From contig OZ250183.1 in NCBI GenBank assembly GCA_965238225.1, positions 1,440,001-1,504,000 on the forward strand: a stretch of 64,000 bases of DNA. The letters run 5' to 3'. This document shows, piece by piece, positions 60,320 to 64,000 of this stretch. The notes under the pieces were generated by a model. The model was not told the origin of the DNA and did no database searches. It worked only from the letters and a program-made list of their open reading frames with translations. The DNA comes from Gammaproteobacteria bacterium (lineage in GTDB: Bacteria > Pseudomonadota > Gammaproteobacteria > Eutrophobiales > Eutrophobiaceae). A program made the position numbers and the translations under genes. Numbering within the stretch: the stretch's first letter is position 1; each line of letters begins with the position of its first letter.

Positions 60320-62836
60320 ATGCAAGATACCGCACAGTCATCTGGAGCTGTCATCGATAGAGAAACAGCTTCGTTAAAGATCCCGCCTCATTCTATTGAG
60401 GCAGAACAGGCGGTATTGGGCGGTCTTCTTATTAATAATAATGTCTGGGAACATGTTTCTGAAAGAGTTTCAGAAAATGATTTCTATCGCAAAAATCATT
60501 GCGCAATATTTCGTGCAATTTCCAAACTGGACGATGAAGGTCAACCGTATGATATTGTCACCGTTGCAGAATGGCTGGATAATCGTCAACAACTCGATGA
60601 TGCTGGCGGTCTGCCTTACCTCGCTGCCCTTGCAGAAAAAGTTTCTGGCTCAAGTAACATTAAAGCCTATGCTGATATTGTTAGAAAACGTTCCGTCTTA
60701 AGGCAACTTATTGAGGCAACCAATACCATTAGTGAAAGTATCTTCAATCCTGAAGGGCAGACTAACGAGCAGATACTGGATCTCGCGGAAAAAACTGTAT
60801 TTGAGATCGCTGAAAGAGAATCTAAAGGCCGTAAAAATTACGACACCATTAAAGAACTTCTGACAGGCGCACTAGATAAGATTGATGATTTGTTTCGTCG
60901 AGGCAATGCGATTACCGGTGTTGCAACAGGTTATGAAGATATTGATAAAAAAACAGCAGGCCTGCAACCTTCTGATCTAATCGTCATCGCCGGTCGACCC
61001 TCCATGGGTAAGGCGCAGCCATTGGATGCGAAAATACACACCTTTCACGGTTGGAAAAACATGGGAGAACTAAGATTTGGGGATAAACTGGCATCTGTTG
61101 ATGGCAACCGCTCCATAGTCACAGGATTGTATCCCCAAGGTATTAAGGATGTTTATCAGATTACATTTTCTGATGGCAGAAGTACCGAGGTATGTGGGGA
61201 ACACTTATGGCGTGTTTATTGTAAGGAATGGGACAAACCTCGAATTCTTTCCAGCTTCAAAATAATAGAAAAGTTAAAATTAAAACGTTATCAAAGTCAA
61301 TTATGGATTGATCATTGTACAGGTCATTTTGGTCATGATGAACAATTGCCGATTGATCCATGGGCGCTTGGTGTAATGCTTGGTGGTAATGATAGCCTTA
61401 AAGAAGACAGTGCCTGCTTTTCTTCTTATAAATCAAAATTACCGGGTTCAAAGTTACTGGACACTGCATCTAATTGCCTTGCAAAAAGCTATCTCCTGCG
61501 CGCAGCTGGGGGCTATGCACACCATATAACCCAGCCCGAACATTACAGATACTCTGCAGAACCTAAAGAACAGGACTTCTGTCAAAATCCATTAAAAGAA
61601 GATTTAAAAAATCTTGGTTTATGGGAACTTGAAGCAGAATCAAAATATGTTCCAGAACTTTATCAAATGGCGAATAAGCCAGCTCGTTTAGCAATATTAC
61701 AAGGTATTTTGGATGCGCATGGTTGGGCAGAGGTATGTGGCAGCATTCATTTTTCTTCGGCAAGTGAACAGTTAATGGATGATATTGTCGACTTAGCGCG
61801 TTCTCTTGGGGCATGGGCAAGAAAATATTTACACCAAGATCATCGCAACCATTATGGCGAGAAAGTATCAAAACAACCTTTATGGGCAATCAATATCCAT
61901 CATCCTAATCCACAGTTATTATTTACTGTAGCAGAGAAAAAGGCTCGTATTTGTGTAGATGAAAAACATCAAAAAATGCCAATCATAGAATCTATAACAT
62001 ACACTCGAAAAACTGAAACTCAATGCATTGCGGTCAGCCATCCTGAGCATTTGTATATTACTGATAACTATATTCTCACCCATAACACCGCCTTAGCAAT
62101 CAACATTGCTGAGCATGCTGTGATTAAAGAAAAACTTTCAGTTGCTATATTTAGTATGGAAATGCCCGGCAATTCATTGGCTATGCGCATGATGTCTTCT
62201 TTGGGGAGAATTGATCAACATAAAATACGCACAGGAAAACTCAAAGATGAAGACTGGCCAAGATTAACCTCTGCGGTAGAAATACTAAAAGATGCGCGTT
62301 TGTTTATTGATGATACGCCAGCCTTGACACCTTCTGAAATCAGATCTCGTTGTCGTCGAATCTACAGAGAACATAACGGTCTTGATCTGGTTATTGTTGA
62401 CTATCTGCAGCTGATGCAAGTTGCCGGCAACAGCGAAAATCGTGCGACAGAGATATCTGAAATATCACGGTCACTCAAAGCCATGGCGAAAGAACTTGAT
62501 GTCCCAGTCATTGCAATATCCCAGCTAAACAGAAGTCTTGAACAGAGACCTAATAAACGTCCAGTGATGTCCGATCTTCGTGAAAGTGGCGCAATTGAAC
62601 AAGATGCTGACTTGATTATGTTTATTTATCGAGATGAGGTTTATAACGAAGACACGGCCAACAAAGGTAAAGCTGAGCTTATTATTGCCAAACAACGAAA
62701 TGGACCTATCGGCATGGTGCCACTGACTTTTCTGGGTCAATACACACGCTTCGAAAATTATATCTCGGAGAATGATTTTCTTCCTTCTGACAGTAGCTTT
62801 CCGAGCGGAGAATACACCAAGAGAGAGTATGAATGA
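60320..62836 (+). CDS. dnaB: Replicative DNA helicase DnaB containing an intein
   Basis: PPHSIEAEQAVLG, AGRPSMGK|intein|TALAINIA, FSMEM, VDYLQL, SQLNR, DLRESGAIEQDAD, KQRNGP. Confidence 0.97.
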   Translation: MQDTAQSSGAVIDRETASLKIPPHSIEAEQAVLGGLLINNNVWEHVSERVSENDFYRKNHCAIFRAISKLDDEGQPYDIVTVAEWLDNRQQLDDAGGLPYLAALAEKVSGSSNIKAYADIVRKRSVLRQLIEATNTISESIFNPEGQTNEQILDLAEKTVFEIAERESKGRKNYDTIKELLTGALDKIDDLFRRGNAITGVATGYEDIDKKTAGLQPSDLIVIAGRPSMGKAQPLDAKIHTFHGWKNMGELRFGDKLASVDGNRSIVTGLYPQGIKDVYQITFSDGRSTEVCGEHLWRVYCKEWDKPRILSSFKIIEKLKLKRYQSQLWIDHCTGHFGHDEQLPIDPWALGVMLGGNDSLKEDSACFSSYKSKLPGSKLLDTASNCLAKSYLLRAAGGYAHHITQPEHYRYSAEPKEQDFCQNPLKEDLKNLGLWELEAESKYVPELYQMANKPARLAILQGILDAHGWAEVCGSIHFSSASEQLMDDIVDLARSLGAWARKYLHQDHRNHYGEKVSKQPLWAINIHHPNPQLLFTVAEKKARICVDEKHQKMPIIESITYTRKTETQCIAVSHPEHLYITDNYILTHNTALAINIAEHAVIKEKLSVAIFSMEMPGNSLAMRMMSSLGRIDQHKIRTGKLKDEDWPRLTSAVEILKDARLFIDDTPALTPSEIRSRCRRIYREHNGLDLVIVDYLQLMQVAGNSENRATEISEISRSLKAMAKELDVPVIAISQLNRSLEQRPNKRPVMSDLRESGAIEQDADLIMFIYRDEVYNEDTANKGKAELIIAKQRNGPIGMVPLTFLGQYTRFENYISENDFLPSDSSFPSGEYTKREYE
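61013..62086 (+). mobile_element. Class 3 intein (358 aa) with degenerate LAGLIDADG endonuclease, in the DnaB P-loop
   Basis: Starts AQPLDAKI (Ala1), block B CGEHLW, block F TQCIAV, ends ILTHN/T; HEN-like blocks LGVMLGGN and LQGILDAHG. Confidence 0.92.
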
Positions 62837-63918
62837 GCCGACCTGCAAAGGTTGTCATTAGTCTTTCCGCGCTTCGTCATAATTTCAGTCGTATTCGCAC
62901 GTTAGTCCCCAACTCTAAAATTATGGCCATCGTCAAAGCAGATGCCTACGGACATGGTATAACTCAGATAGCTAAATCACTCGAATATGCTGATGCCTTT
63001 GGTGTTGCTTGCTTAGAGGAGGCAAAAAAAATAAGACAGGTGAATATTAAACAACGCATCAACCTGTTAGAAGGTCCTTATGATGGAGGAGAGTTGAGTG
63101 AAATAAGTAAACTCGGATTGGAGATTGTTGTGCATGATGTATCACAAATTGAAATGCTTGAAAAAACCCAGCTAGAAAAACCGATTGATGTATGGTTGAA
63201 AATAGATACAGGCATGCATCGCTTGGGTTTTTTTCCAGAAGTAGTAAATCAAATAATGATTCGTTTACAACAAACAAACAATGTCAAAGATATTCGTCTT
63301 ATGACGCATCTTGCCAACGCCAATGATCGTGATAGTCCAATGGCCTCTCAGCAAATTCAATGTTTCAAGCAAATTTCTGAACATCAGAATATCGAAAAAA
63401 CTATTGCAAACTCTGCTGGCATTATAGCTTTTCCTGATTCCCATGCAGATTGGGTGCGACCGGGGATTATGCTTTACGGCGTTTCTCCATTCAGTAATAG
63501 CGATGGTCTGCAAGAAGGGTTAAAACCGGTGATGACATTGCGATCAAAATTAATCGCCGTTAAGCAACTCAAATCTGGAGTGCCTGTGGGCTATGGTGCG
63601 ACTTGGCGCTGCCCAGAAAATATGCTTGTCGGCGTGGTCGCAGCAGGTTATGGCGATGGATACCCGCGGTACGCAAAGGGAGACGCCTCGGTACTCGTAA
63701 ATAACAAAAAAGTTGGACTTATTGGTCGTGCATCTATGGATATGTTGACAGTCGATCTGCGTTCTCAACCACAAGCCAAAACAGGTGACCCAGTAGTGCT
63801 TTGGGGGAACGGATTACCTATTGAAGAAATTGCCAACCATGCAAATACAATTCCATACGAAATTTTATGTGCAGTACATAAACGATTACAGTTTAGTTAT
63901 GTCGAAGACCAAGACTAA
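62833..63918 (+). CDS. alr: Alanine racemase
   Basis: AIVKADAYGHG, KIDTGMHRLG, WVRPGIMLYG, GYGDGYPR, GRASMD. Confidence 0.96.
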   Translation: MSRPAKVVISLSALRHNFSRIRTLVPNSKIMAIVKADAYGHGITQIAKSLEYADAFGVACLEEAKKIRQVNIKQRINLLEGPYDGGELSEISKLGLEIVVHDVSQIEMLEKTQLEKPIDVWLKIDTGMHRLGFFPEVVNQIMIRLQQTNNVKDIRLMTHLANANDRDSPMASQQIQCFKQISEHQNIEKTIANSAGIIAFPDSHADWVRPGIMLYGVSPFSNSDGLQEGLKPVMTLRSKLIAVKQLKSGVPVGYGATWRCPENMLVGVVAAGYGDGYPRYAKGDASVLVNNKKVGLIGRASMDMLTVDLRSQPQAKTGDPVVLWGNGLPIEEIANHANTIPYEILCAVHKRLQFSYVEDQD

Positions 63919-64000
63919 AATTCAATATCAATGTACTGAGTGTGGTGCGACCTTGCCTAAATGGGCAGGTCAGTGTGGCAAATGCCGCGCATGGAATACA
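63899..64000 (+). CDS. radA: DNA repair protein RadA/Sms (5' part, runs off window)
   Basis: MSKTKTKIQYQCTECGATLPKWAGQCGKCRAWNT zinc-finger start; follows alr. Confidence 0.9.
   Translation, partial: MSKTKTKIQYQCTECGATLPKWAGQCGKCRAWNT

Overview
Chromosomal segment of an AT-rich gammaproteobacterium. The core genes are hflK-hflX-hfq-miaA-amiB-tsaE-nnr-orn (mutL is missing from its usual slot), recR-ybaB-dnaX-ffs, and rpsF-rpsR-DUF2232-rplI-dnaB-alr-radA. About 27 kb between the SRP RNA gene and tRNA-Ser(GGA) is accessory. It holds a Sel1-repeat protein, an Mrr-type nuclease/SF2 helicase ending in 10 near-identical 201-204 bp helicase-associated (HA) repeats that vary at a few fixed residues (best candidate for an undescribed system), a six-gene TonB2-type operon, and an RfaH/ops-controlled surface polysaccharide cluster with deletion scars, followed by an RTX remnant. 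Further right are arsenosugar-type genes, a HEPN gene pair, a GGA-rich candidate Csr/Rsm sRNA before tRNA-Arg(CCT), a 3.4 kb att-bounded sugar-uptake islet, a 2-aminoethylphosphonate biosynthesis operon beside hopanoid genes, and a class 3 (Ala1/WCT) intein in DnaB. Many gene remnants suggest erosion, but some frameshifts look like assembly or polishing errors. All calls come from reading motifs by eye; no searches were run.
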